Part shown: positions 1-8,130 of the stretch, one piece after another | Layout of the letters: each line of letters opens with the position of its first letter | Numbering within the stretch: the stretch's first letter is position 1 | Assembly (NCBI GenBank): GCA_003858585.1 | Contig: RQZE01000007.1 | Span: 30,001-62,000 of the forward strand | Length of the DNA: 32,000 nt | DNA from: Erysipelotrichaceae bacterium OH741_COT-311 | GTDB taxonomy: Bacteria > Bacillota_I > Bacilli_A > Erysipelotrichales > Erysipelotrichaceae | Direction: 5' to 3' | Made by a program: the position numbers and the translations under genes | The notes under the pieces: generated by a model | Told to the model about the DNA's origin: nothing | Seen by the model: only the letters and a program-made list of their open reading frames with translations | Database searches by the model: none

Positions 1-140
1 CCTAATTTTTCAAGGGCTAAATTTGTAATAGCCTCATCCATGCGGAAAAAAGAGTTATACTCTTCTTGTTCATCAAACTGACTATACCAAAATAGTTTAG
101 GACATTTCATGTATTTCTTTATATCTTTGATGTAATACAT
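1..140 (-). CDS. hypothetical protein, N-terminal 46 codons only (gene runs off the window start); possibly PD-(D/E)XK/Cas4-like (DUF2779-type) nuclease family
   Basis: Too short for the ORF track. The reverse complement of 1-140 starts at ATG 140-138 and reads MYYIKDIKKYMKCPKLFWYSQFDEQEEYNSFFRMDEAITNLALEKL with no stop to base 1. An AAGGTG Shine-Dalgarno lies at 151-146, 5 nt upstream. The family guess rests only on the Y-x-K-CP-K-L-F-W N-terminal motif. Confidence 0.4.
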   Translation of the reverse strand, partial: MYYIKDIKKYMKCPKLFWYSQFDEQEEYNSFFRMDEAITNLALEKL

Positions 141-160
141 AACTTCACCTTGATTATTAT

Positions 161-192
161 AATATAAAAAGCATTCTATCGCTAGAATGCTT
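161..192 (-). terminator. Rho-independent terminator downstream of the M29 aminopeptidase gene
   Basis: Perfect 10-bp inverted repeat AAGCATTCTA (169-178) / TAGAATGCTT (183-192) with a 4-nt loop. On the minus strand it is followed by TTTTTATATT. It lies 5 nt after the stop at 197. Confidence 0.7.
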
Positions 193-196
193 GCCT

Positions 197-1432
197 TTAA
201 ATTACAAAGTTACCATCTTTAAAGATAACTACTTCTTGTTGATCAAAGGTTGTACCTACAATACTCATACACGCACTACCAAACATAAAGTCACTATGTG
301 CCATACTTACATTAGCTCCAGCCTTTAATAATTCTTCTTTACTCATTTCAATACCACCTTTTACATTTGATGGATATGCAGCACCTAATGCTAAATGACA
401 TGAAGCATTTTCATCAAATAATGTATTATAGAAAAGTAAATTTAAATTACTTATTGGAGAATCATGTGAAATTAAAGCAACTTCTCCTAAATAAGAAGAA
501 TTATCATCTAAATGAATCAAATTCGTTAATGCATCTTCTCCCTTTTCCGCTTCCCATTTCACAGCTTTTCCATCTTTAAATTCTATTTTGAAGTTTTCAA
601 TCAATTTACCTTGATAACTAAGTGGCTTTGTCGCCACAACAACTCCATTTACACCATCACGCTTTGGCATTGTAAATACTTCTTCAGTAGGCATATTTGG
701 ATTAAATACAATACCTTTTTGGCTTGTACTACTACCACCTGCCCAAATGTGATTAATTGCTAAATCAACTACTAAATCAGTCCCTAAACTATTTTTAAAA
801 TGTAAAGACTTAAAGTTATAATTGTTTAACAATGCACTATGTCTATGTAAAGTTTCATTGTGTTGATCCCACTCAGCGATTGGATCATTGTCTTTATCCA
901 CTCTTACTGCTTTTAGCATTGCTTCAAACGAGGCTTGCATTGCAGCTTCTTCATCTAAGTCTGGAAAAATCATTTTTGCCCATGTCGGATTTGGTAATGC
1001 TACAATTGTCCATTGTCCAACATCACTCATCGTATAGTAACGGAATGGCTCCATCGCCTTTGAAACCGCCATTGTACGTTGCTTTAATTTTGATGGATCC
1101 ATATCTTTTAATAAACCTGGAACTTCACTTGAAACATGTAAGAAACATACTCCACGATCTACAAAATCTTGTTGACGGTCAATAATCCATTGCGGAATTC
1201 TAGTAAGAGTTTCTACATCCTGATGTTTGACATTTAAACGATCAATAAACGCATCACTCCATAATACAACGACTTCTTTTGCACCGTACTCATAAGCTTC
1301 TTCAACTAAGTGACGCACAAAATCAACTGATGATACTTCAGCTTTAATCACAAGCAATTGTCCTTTGGCAACATTTACACCATTTCTAATAGCTAAACGT
1401 GCATATTTCTTTAATAAATTTTGATCGAACAT
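197..1432 (-). CDS. pepS: aminopeptidase, M29 family (PepS/AmpS type)
   Basis: 411-aa ORF. The N-terminus LLKKYARLAIRNGVNVAKGQLLVIKA and the C-terminal CHLALGAAYP and MAHSDFMFG motifs are typical of thermophilic-metalloprotease M29 aminopeptidases. The length fits the family. Confidence 0.88.
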   Translation of the reverse strand: MFDQNLLKKYARLAIRNGVNVAKGQLLVIKAEVSSVDFVRHLVEEAYEYGAKEVVVLWSDAFIDRLNVKHQDVETLTRIPQWIIDRQQDFVDRGVCFLHVSSEVPGLLKDMDPSKLKQRTMAVSKAMEPFRYYTMSDVGQWTIVALPNPTWAKMIFPDLDEEAAMQASFEAMLKAVRVDKDNDPIAEWDQHNETLHRHSALLNNYNFKSLHFKNSLGTDLVVDLAINHIWAGGSSTSQKGIVFNPNMPTEEVFTMPKRDGVNGVVVATKPLSYQGKLIENFKIEFKDGKAVKWEAEKGEDALTNLIHLDDNSSYLGEVALISHDSPISNLNLLFYNTLFDENASCHLALGAAYPSNVKGGIEMSKEELLKAGANVSMAHSDFMFGSACMSIVGTTFDQQEVVIFKDGNFVI

Positions 1433-1440
1433 ACTACCTC

Positions 1441-2343
1441 CTAAAGTCCATTAGATACCGGTAACATAGCAGCTCCTACAATACCTGGTTCTTCTAATTT
1501 TGCTACTTCAAATTTTACATCTCGCATACCCGGATGTACAAAAGTCTTGAATTTTTCAATCATTGTATCAAACCATTGCGCCTTTGACTTCAATACACCA
1601 CCACCAATGACAAACATATGTGGATCAACAATATGTGCAACATGCGAAAATAAAATTGCTAAGTCTGTTGTCATTTGATCGATTAGTTTTTGAGCATCAC
1701 TATTACCACTTGCAGCTAATGCAAAGACATCCCCTGCATTTTGAATCGCATCTTCTCCAAACAATTCTTTTCCTTTACGTGTTAATGCACGACCGCTTGC
1801 TTCCGATTCACTTGCACCAGGATTTAAATTATTGAAAGGCTTGCGGTATGGATCTACAATCATATTTCCGGTTTCTCCAGCATAACCGCTTTTTCCAGAA
1901 ATTAACTTACCATTTACAATTAATGCCCCACCAATACCAGTTGAAATTGTTACATAGTAAACAATCCCTAAACCTTTCCCAGCACCTACTAAAGCTTCTG
2001 CTAGACCGGCAACATTGGCATCATTATCGACAAATACCGGTAACCCCACTTTTTCTTCTAATACTTTTGCGATAGGATAATCCGTAAAACCCTTTAAGTT
2101 GCTAGAGATTTTCATTACTTTATTAACCGTATCAACTGGACCCGGAACTCCAATTCCAATCCCTGAACACTCTTGATATGCATCAATACTTTTAATTAAC
2201 TTCACTAGATTTTCAATCACAACCTCAGGACCTTCCATCCCATAGGAAAGACTTTTTACTTCTTGTAAAATATTCCCATTTGCCATAATTTTACAAACAC
2301 GAACATTTGTACCACCTAGATCAATTCCAATATATGTTTTCAT
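1441..2343 (-). CDS. ROK-family sugar kinase (glucokinase-like) lacking the canonical zinc-binding motif
   Basis: 300 aa. Carries GIDLGGTN (phosphate-1), DNDANVAGLAE and TGIGGALI. The usual GE-x-GH...CxCGxxGCxE block instead reads GETGNMIVDPYRKPFNNLNPGASE. AGGAGG RBS upstream (2346-2351). Confidence 0.85.
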   Translation of the reverse strand: MKTYIGIDLGGTNVRVCKIMANGNILQEVKSLSYGMEGPEVVIENLVKLIKSIDAYQECSGIGIGVPGPVDTVNKVMKISSNLKGFTDYPIAKVLEEKVGLPVFVDNDANVAGLAEALVGAGKGLGIVYYVTISTGIGGALIVNGKLISGKSGYAGETGNMIVDPYRKPFNNLNPGASESEASGRALTRKGKELFGEDAIQNAGDVFALAASGNSDAQKLIDQMTTDLAILFSHVAHIVDPHMFVIGGGVLKSKAQWFDTMIEKFKTFVHPGMRDVKFEVAKLEEPGIVGAAMLPVSNGL

Positions 2344-2367
2344 ACAATCCTCCTTTAAACTAACTCA

Positions 2368-2396
2368 ATTATAAAGTTAAGCTTACTTTAAAACAA
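2368..2396 (-). promoter_or_regulatory. sigma-A type promoter for the ROK kinase-pepS operon
   Basis: Minus strand: TTGTTT (2396-2391), 17-nt spacer, TATAAT (2373-2368), about 25 nt upstream of the ATG at 2343. Confidence 0.55.
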
Positions 2397-2430
2397 GTAG
2401 AATTAATAAATTATGAAGTAAATCAGTTTT

Positions 2431-2459
2431 TTGGTATAAACTAAAAATTCATGTATACT
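2431..2459 (+). promoter_or_regulatory. sigma-A type promoter for pepF (divergent from the ROK promoter)
   Basis: TTGGTA (2431-2436), a 17-nt spacer ending in TG (extended -10), then TATACT (2454-2459). An AAAGAGGA RBS precedes the ATG at 2488. Confidence 0.6.
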
Positions 2460-2487
2460 ATATAACATAGAATGAAAGAGGATTTAT

Positions 2488-4284
2488 ATGGCAAACATAT
2501 TACAAAGAAATGAAATCCCTGTAGAATTAACATGGGATGTAACATCTATTTTCAAAGATGATCAAGCATGGACAGTTGAATTTCAAACAGTCAACGCTTT
2601 GCTCAAAGACTATCAAGTATCCGTTTCAAACATGATGAAAACAAGCAAGGCATTATTAGAAGCTTTGCGTTTTGATGAAACAGTCGCTCGTAGAGTATTA
2701 ACTCTATATACATATAGTCATCTAAACGCAGATACGGATACAACAAATACAAATTATCAGGCACTTTCTGCAAATATCATGACATTATATACAAACTATG
2801 CAACGATTGCTTCTGCAATGATACCTTCTATCTTAAAGACAGATAAAACAGTTATTGAAACCTTTATGCAAGAAGAGCCTGCCTTAACCTTATATAAAAC
2901 CTATTTTGATCGTATTTTTGAAGAAAAAGAACATGTATTAGATCAAAAAAGTGAAGAATTACTGGCAGAAGCCAGCGAAATATTCTATGCTCCAGGTAAA
3001 ATCGCTTCTACTCTTTCTAATGCTGATTTAAGATACCCATCCATGAAAGATGAAGAAGGTCAAGAAGTAGCTTTAACAAATGGCTTATATGCAAAATTCT
3101 TAGAGAGTACAAACCGAGCAATTCGCAAAGAAGCCTTTGATAAAATCTATCAAGCTTATGATGGCATAAAAAATACATTAGCTTCTACGCTTAGCACAAA
3201 CATTAAATACGCAAATTACAATGCGAAAATAAGAAACTATCGCTCATCAAGACATGCAGCCTTATCTTCAAATCATGTAGATGAAAAAGTATACGATACG
3301 TTATTAAATGTAATCAATGACCATGTACATCTATTACATCAATATGTCGATTTACGTGCTAAAAAATTACAATTAGATAAACTCACTGCTTATGACATGT
3401 ATGTTTCAATTGTAGAAAATGTAAAGATTGAATATACAATGGAACAAGCAAAAGAAATTACATTAAACGCATTAGCTCCTTTAGGTCGTGAATATGTATC
3501 CATTCTTGAAGAAGCTTTTCAACAACGTTGGATTGATTGGCTAGAAAATGAAGGAAAACGAAGTGGGGCTTATTCAAGTGGTGGCTATGATACAAACCCT
3601 TATATTTTAATGAATTGGCAAGATTCGATTGATAATTTATACACTTTAGTTCATGAGCTTGGTCATAGTGTACATAGTTATTATTCTCGTAAGCATCAAC
3701 CATTTATTTATTCAGATTATCCTATTTTCTTAGCTGAAATTGCTTCTACAACAAATGAAAATCTATTAACAGCATATCTTTTAAAGACAGAAACAGATCC
3801 AAAGGTTATTGCCTATATCATAAATCACTATTTAGATGGTTTTAAAGGAACTGTCTTTAGACAAACACAATTTGCTGAATTTGAATATCAATTACATACA
3901 GATTTAAAAAATGGTGTTGCATTAACACATGAATATTTATCAAACACTTACAAAGCCATCAACGAAAAATATTATGGTCCAAACATGGATAGTAACAATC
4001 AAATTCAATTAGAATGGGCACGTATCCCACACTTCTATTCAAATTTCTACGTCTTCCAATATGCAACAGGCTTTGCCGCTGCATCAACACTAGCCAAACG
4101 TATTTTAAATGGCAAACAAGAAGATATTGATGCTTACATCAATTTCTTAAAAGCTGGATGTAGCGATACACCAATCAACATCATGAAAAAAGCTGGTGTA
4201 GATATGACAAGTGATGAATATCTAAAAGAAGCGCTTAGTGTCTTTAAAGATCGACTTGAAGAATTAACACAATTAATTAAATAA
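2488..4284 (+). CDS. pepF: oligoendopeptidase F (M3B)
   Basis: 598 aa. Zincin motif HELGH in LVHELGHSVHSYYS, with downstream E in FLAEIAST. The N-terminal RNEIPVELTWDVTSIF and overall length are typical of PepF. Confidence 0.93.
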   Translation: MANILQRNEIPVELTWDVTSIFKDDQAWTVEFQTVNALLKDYQVSVSNMMKTSKALLEALRFDETVARRVLTLYTYSHLNADTDTTNTNYQALSANIMTLYTNYATIASAMIPSILKTDKTVIETFMQEEPALTLYKTYFDRIFEEKEHVLDQKSEELLAEASEIFYAPGKIASTLSNADLRYPSMKDEEGQEVALTNGLYAKFLESTNRAIRKEAFDKIYQAYDGIKNTLASTLSTNIKYANYNAKIRNYRSSRHAALSSNHVDEKVYDTLLNVINDHVHLLHQYVDLRAKKLQLDKLTAYDMYVSIVENVKIEYTMEQAKEITLNALAPLGREYVSILEEAFQQRWIDWLENEGKRSGAYSSGGYDTNPYILMNWQDSIDNLYTLVHELGHSVHSYYSRKHQPFIYSDYPIFLAEIASTTNENLLTAYLLKTETDPKVIAYIINHYLDGFKGTVFRQTQFAEFEYQLHTDLKNGVALTHEYLSNTYKAINEKYYGPNMDSNNQIQLEWARIPHFYSNFYVFQYATGFAAASTLAKRILNGKQEDIDAYINFLKAGCSDTPINIMKKAGVDMTSDEYLKEALSVFKDRLEELTQLIK

Positions 4285-4291
4285 ATGAAAA

Positions 4292-4316
4292 AACAGTATC
4301 TTCTATAGATACTGTT
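4292..4316. terminator. bidirectional Rho-independent terminator between convergent pepF and the aro/Gx operon
   Basis: AACAGTATCT (4292-4301) / AGATACTGTT (4307-4316), 5-nt loop. Flanked by AAAAA on the left and TTTCT on the right. It sits between the stops at 4284 (+) and 4320 (-). Confidence 0.75.
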
Positions 4317-4319
4317 TTC

Positions 4320-4823
4320 TTATACACGTAATTTAATTCTATGAAGTACTTGTTGAGCTATAAATCCTGTTAGTACTCCTGTAGGGATGGAAGTAAAAAA
4401 TAAAATTGGTAAATATGTAATAACAGCAAACTGTTGATAGAAAAACATAACCATAACAATTTGACCAATCGAATGCATAATACTAGAAATAATTGATGAA
4501 AATAAAATAGATGAATTGATCTTCTTCAATAAAATTAAAGCAATGGAGCTTAATACAACTCCACATGTACTAATCCAAAACGTGGAACCAAAAATTAATC
4601 CTTTCAACAGATTACCAATTAAAATACGCAATACATTTACAACAATCATCTCTTTATAACCAAAGAATTGAATGGTTACCAAAGATATAATATTCGCAAT
4701 ACCAAAACGAATTCCAAAAGAAACAGGTGGTATAAATGTGCTTTCAATGATATTTAATAAAATAGCCATAGCTGAAAACATCGTAACATAAGCCATTTTT
4801 TTCGTATTATTTTTCATAAGCAT
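4320..4823 (-). CDS. Gx transporter family membrane protein (ECF S-component-like; formerly annotated as heptaprenyl diphosphate synthase component I)
   Basis: About 167 aa, almost entirely hydrophobic, with roughly 5 TM segments (e.g. AYVTMFSAMAILLNIIES, FGIANIISLVTIQFFG, FWISTCGVVLSSIALILL, ITYLPILFFTSIPTGVLTGFIA). The ORF-track start at 4832 sits too close to the SD. ATG 4823 (SD AAAGGA, 8 nt upstream) or ATG 4817 is preferred. The candidate starts at 4832/4823/4817 flank the upstream gene's stop codon (4825-4827). Confidence 0.75.
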   Translation of the reverse strand: MLMKNNTKKMAYVTMFSAMAILLNIIESTFIPPVSFGIRFGIANIISLVTIQFFGYKEMIVVNVLRILIGNLLKGLIFGSTFWISTCGVVLSSIALILLKKINSSILFSSIISSIMHSIGQIVMVMFFYQQFAVITYLPILFFTSIPTGVLTGFIAQQVLHRIKLRV

Positions 4824-4824
4824 C

Positions 4825-5169
4825 CTAGTCATCCTTTAATGTTACAGAAACTTCATTTGGTAAACATATAATCGGAAAATATGAATCAGTATTTACCCAA
4901 CCAATGGAAGAACAAATATGATTCGGACAATCCTCATTTGTTATACGCCACTTAGAGTCTTTTACTTCCAACATTAACCTTCCATAACTACCGCTAATCC
5001 AATACTCTCCATCTTTGGTAATATCCACAGTTAAAACATCATCATCTTTATGTTTAACTACCACATATATGTTACTAATTTGTATAAAGTATCGACTTGT
5101 AAGATACAATATACCTACTAACACCATCATTCCCACTAAAATTACAATCTCTTTTTTCTTCATAAACAA
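4825..5169 (-). CDS. NusG domain II-containing membrane-anchored protein (ex-DUF1312)
   Basis: 114 aa. MFMKKKE followed by one TM helix (IVILVGMMVLVGILYL), then a beta-rich domain with the family-typical CPNHICSSIGW....PIICLPN cysteine pattern. GAGG RBS 6 nt upstream of the ATG at 5169. Confidence 0.75.
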   Translation of the reverse strand: MFMKKKEIVILVGMMVLVGILYLTSRYFIQISNIYVVVKHKDDDVLTVDITKDGEYWISGSYGRLMLEVKDSKWRITNEDCPNHICSSIGWVNTDSYFPIICLPNEVSVTLKDD

Positions 5170-5195
5170 CCTCGTAAGATATTATAATTCTTTCT

Positions 5196-5636
5196 TTATT
5201 TCTTTTGCAACTTTAAATATAAAAAGTCTAATGCTTCAAAATAGCCATTTACACCATGTCCCATAATCATATGATCAGCTGCTAGTGAGGTAAGACTTTG
5301 ATTACGAAATCCTTCTCGCTGTTGAATATTCGAAATATGCACTTCAATTTTTAAACAAGTTAAAATTGTTAATGCATCTAAAATTGCAATCGAAGTATGC
5401 GAATATGCTGCTGGATTAATAATTAATCCATCATACTTCTTGTAAAAACATTCTTGTATATAATCAACAAGCTTTCCTTCACTATTCGATTGTACACAAT
5501 GCAAAGATATGCCATATCCTTTGGCATAGTTATGCAATGCATATATTAAATCTTGATACTTCATACTGCCATAAATGCTATGCTCACGATCTCCAAGCAT
5601 ATTCATGTTTGGACCATTTATAATCATTACTTTCAT
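5196..5636 (-). CDS. aroQ: type II 3-dehydroquinate dehydratase
   Basis: 146 aa. Carries NGPNMNMLGDREHSIYG, INPAAYSHTSIAI and EVHISNI, the hallmark AroQ motifs. Confidence 0.92.
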   Translation of the reverse strand: MKVMIINGPNMNMLGDREHSIYGSMKYQDLIYALHNYAKGYGISLHCVQSNSEGKLVDYIQECFYKKYDGLIINPAAYSHTSIAILDALTILTCLKIEVHISNIQQREGFRNQSLTSLAADHMIMGHGVNGYFEALDFLYLKLQKK

Positions 5637-5651
5637 AACGACTCCTTTATG

Positions 5652-6905
5652 TTATGTATAAATCTCAATAGAGATTCCTAACGCTTTTAAATCATCAAAA
5701 AAACTTGGATAGCTTTTTTTAATTGCTTCGGCATGTTCAATCATCACCGGTTTATTTAAAGTTGTAGCCAAGATGGAAAGTGCCATAACAACACGATGAT
5801 CATTATGACTATCTAATATACAGTCTCCATTGTATTGAAAACTACCACGAATATAAATCGTACTTTCATCACTTTCAATATCAACATAAAGTTTCTTAAG
5901 TTCTTCTTCCATTGCAAAAATACGATCTGATTCCTTAATACGTAAACGTCCGGCATTATAAATCGTTGTCGCACCTTCCGCTTTACTTGCTAAAACCATT
6001 AAAATAGGCCCTAAATCAGGACAATTCGCTAAATCAATATCACAACTCTTGAGATGTGATTTACAAAATAAATAACCATCTTCAATGACTTGATACTGAC
6101 CATTCATACGTTGAATAATATCTAAAAATGCTCTATCTCCCTGTAATGTTGTATGACTTACACCTTTCACCTTCATATCATCATTTAATAAACCTAATGT
6201 TGCAAAAAAAGCAAGTTGTGAGTAGTCCCCTTCTATTTTCATCTTTGTTGCTCGATACCTTTGATTTCCTTTCACTAAAATACAATGCTCATTTACATAT
6301 TGTATTTCAACTTGAAATCGATTTAAAACATCCATCGTCATTGCAACATAGCTTTTTGATTCAAAAGGAGGATTAATTTCAATGAAGGTATCTTGATTCA
6401 TAAATGGTAATGCAAATAGAAATCCACTAATAAACTGTGAAGAAACATTACCATCCAGTTGTATATCATTAAAGGACTTATATCCACAGACAACAATCTC
6501 ATTTTCATGATATTCAATATGTATAAATGGATTATAGGGATATAAAGGTCTTTGAAATAAGCGTGGTTTCCCTACAAAGCGAATTGGAAAACCTGCTAAG
6601 GCAAAAATAGGAATCATAAACCTTAATGTACTACCGGATTCATTGACCTCAACCGTATTCCCTATTGGCTTTATACTGGTAACTCCCTGAATGTATAGAT
6701 AAGTATCATACATTTCTACTTTTGCACCTAAAACTTTTACCGCATTAATGGTAGCCAAAATGTCTTCACTATAATCAATGTGTTCAAGCTTAGAAACACC
6801 TTCTGATAAACTAGCACAAATAATGGCACGATGGGCAAATGATTTACTCGGTGGAATTGTAACTTCATTATGTTGAATAAAATCCGGATAAATTTTAACC
6901 TTCAT
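5652..6905 (-). CDS. aroA: 3-phosphoshikimate 1-carboxyvinyltransferase (EPSP synthase)
   Basis: 417 aa. Carries PPSKSFAHRAIICASLSEG, ESGSTLRF, LFQRP, RIKESDR and HNDHRVVMA. The start overlaps the upstream aroE/K stop by 11 nt. Confidence 0.92.
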   Translation of the reverse strand: MKVKIYPDFIQHNEVTIPPSKSFAHRAIICASLSEGVSKLEHIDYSEDILATINAVKVLGAKVEMYDTYLYIQGVTSIKPIGNTVEVNESGSTLRFMIPIFALAGFPIRFVGKPRLFQRPLYPYNPFIHIEYHENEIVVCGYKSFNDIQLDGNVSSQFISGFLFALPFMNQDTFIEINPPFESKSYVAMTMDVLNRFQVEIQYVNEHCILVKGNQRYRATKMKIEGDYSQLAFFATLGLLNDDMKVKGVSHTTLQGDRAFLDIIQRMNGQYQVIEDGYLFCKSHLKSCDIDLANCPDLGPILMVLASKAEGATTIYNAGRLRIKESDRIFAMEEELKKLYVDIESDESTIYIRGSFQYNGDCILDSHNDHRVVMALSILATTLNKPVMIEHAEAIKKSYPSFFDDLKALGISIEIYT

Positions 6906-8130
6906 GTGACCTCCACTTCTTTGCTATCACCTCTGCACACGCTTGTATTGTCGTATGATTCATAATTTTTTCATCACAGTATTTATCATACAGTGCTTTA
7001 CGAGTAACATTGAGTTGCTTTAATTGTTGCATATTGGTAGCCAATGGACGAGTAGAATCTAACACGATATGTTCCATTGGACGATCAATCGAATAGATAT
7101 ATCCATTTTGTAATAAACGTTGCATATTGCGCGGATTTATGACAGCTCCTGCACCGGTAATAATTATGTTATGATGCATTTTAGCATATGTTTTTATTAT
7201 TTTTTCTTCTAAAATACGAAATGCCTTTTCACCATGCAATGTAAAAAACATTGAAATATTCATCTTGATTTCTTTTTCAATTTCCGCATCAATATCAATC
7301 AATTTATAATCTAACATCTCGGCAAGATAAGCACCTATTGTTGTTTTACCACTATAAGATGGCCCAATCAAAACAAGATTATATTTCTTTTTTAAAAGTG
7401 ATTGATAGATTTCATCAATAAGAGTTTCATGAAACGCTTGATTTAAAAACAATGAAATCGATTTAACAGCCTGTGCTACTAACATTTCCAAACCACCAAT
7501 TGCCTTAATCTTTCTCTTTTGAGCATCTACTATTAAATTTGTTTTTAAAGGATTGTAGATAAGATCAATTACACAATCCAATTCCTTAAAACAAGTTAAG
7601 TCAATGACTCTATCATCATTATTTGGATACATTCCAACATAAGAAGTATTAATAATTACCGAACTATCTCGATGGTTTGCATACAATTCTTGATAAGTAA
7701 TGGTATTTTGTGTCTTAGTCGGTTTGCAGATAAGATAATTACTAATCTTTAAATCTTTTAACACAGCAATTACCGCTTTACTTGCTCCACCATATCCCAA
7801 AATAACAATCTTTTTCCCTTCAAGATTAACCTTATGTTTTTTTAACATATACATAAAACCATAGTAATCCGTATTATATCCAACAAGTTTTCCATCTTGT
7901 TTTACAACGGTATTACAGGCACCAATTTTAGATACTTCTTCACTTTGACAATCTAAATAAGGTAAAACAGCTTCCTTATATGGAATTGTAACATTAATCG
8001 CATCAAACGCTTTTTGTTGCATAAAAGCATCTAAATCAGATACTTCCATTAATGCATATTCTTTATAAAATTGTTCATGAATTTCTTTTGAAAAACTATG
8101 CCCCAATTTCTTACCAATTAACCCTCTCAT
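6895..8130 (-). CDS. aroEK: bifunctional shikimate dehydrogenase / shikimate kinase (AroE-AroK fusion)
   Basis: 411 aa. The N-terminal ~245 aa carry GLIGKKLGHSFSKEIH, NVTIPYK, GYNTDYYGF and ILGYGGASKAV (AroE). The C-terminal ~160 aa carry Walker A LIGPSYSGKTT, LIDID, HGEKAFRILEE and ITGAGAV (AroK). It is a single uninterrupted frame. Confidence 0.88.
   Translation of the reverse strand: MRGLIGKKLGHSFSKEIHEQFYKEYALMEVSDLDAFMQQKAFDAINVTIPYKEAVLPYLDCQSEEVSKIGACNTVVKQDGKLVGYNTDYYGFMYMLKKHKVNLEGKKIVILGYGGASKAVIAVLKDLKISNYLICKPTKTQNTITYQELYANHRDSSVIINTSYVGMYPNNDDRVIDLTCFKELDCVIDLIYNPLKTNLIVDAQKRKIKAIGGLEMLVAQAVKSISLFLNQAFHETLIDEIYQSLLKKKYNLVLIGPSYSGKTTIGAYLAEMLDYKLIDIDAEIEKEIKMNISMFFTLHGEKAFRILEEKIIKTYAKMHHNIIITGAGAVINPRNMQRLLQNGYIYSIDRPMEHIVLDSTRPLATNMQQLKQLNVTRKALYDKYCDEKIMNHTTIQACAEVIAKKWRSHEG

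Noticed and set aside
367-2075. Plus-strand ORFs 367-579, 832-1185, 1620-1835 and 1848-2075, antisense to pepS and the ROK kinase
   Set aside because: They lie entirely inside well-supported minus-strand genes. They have low-complexity Leu/His/Gln-rich translations, no RBS and no recognisable motifs. They are shadow ORFs typical of AT-rich coding DNA.
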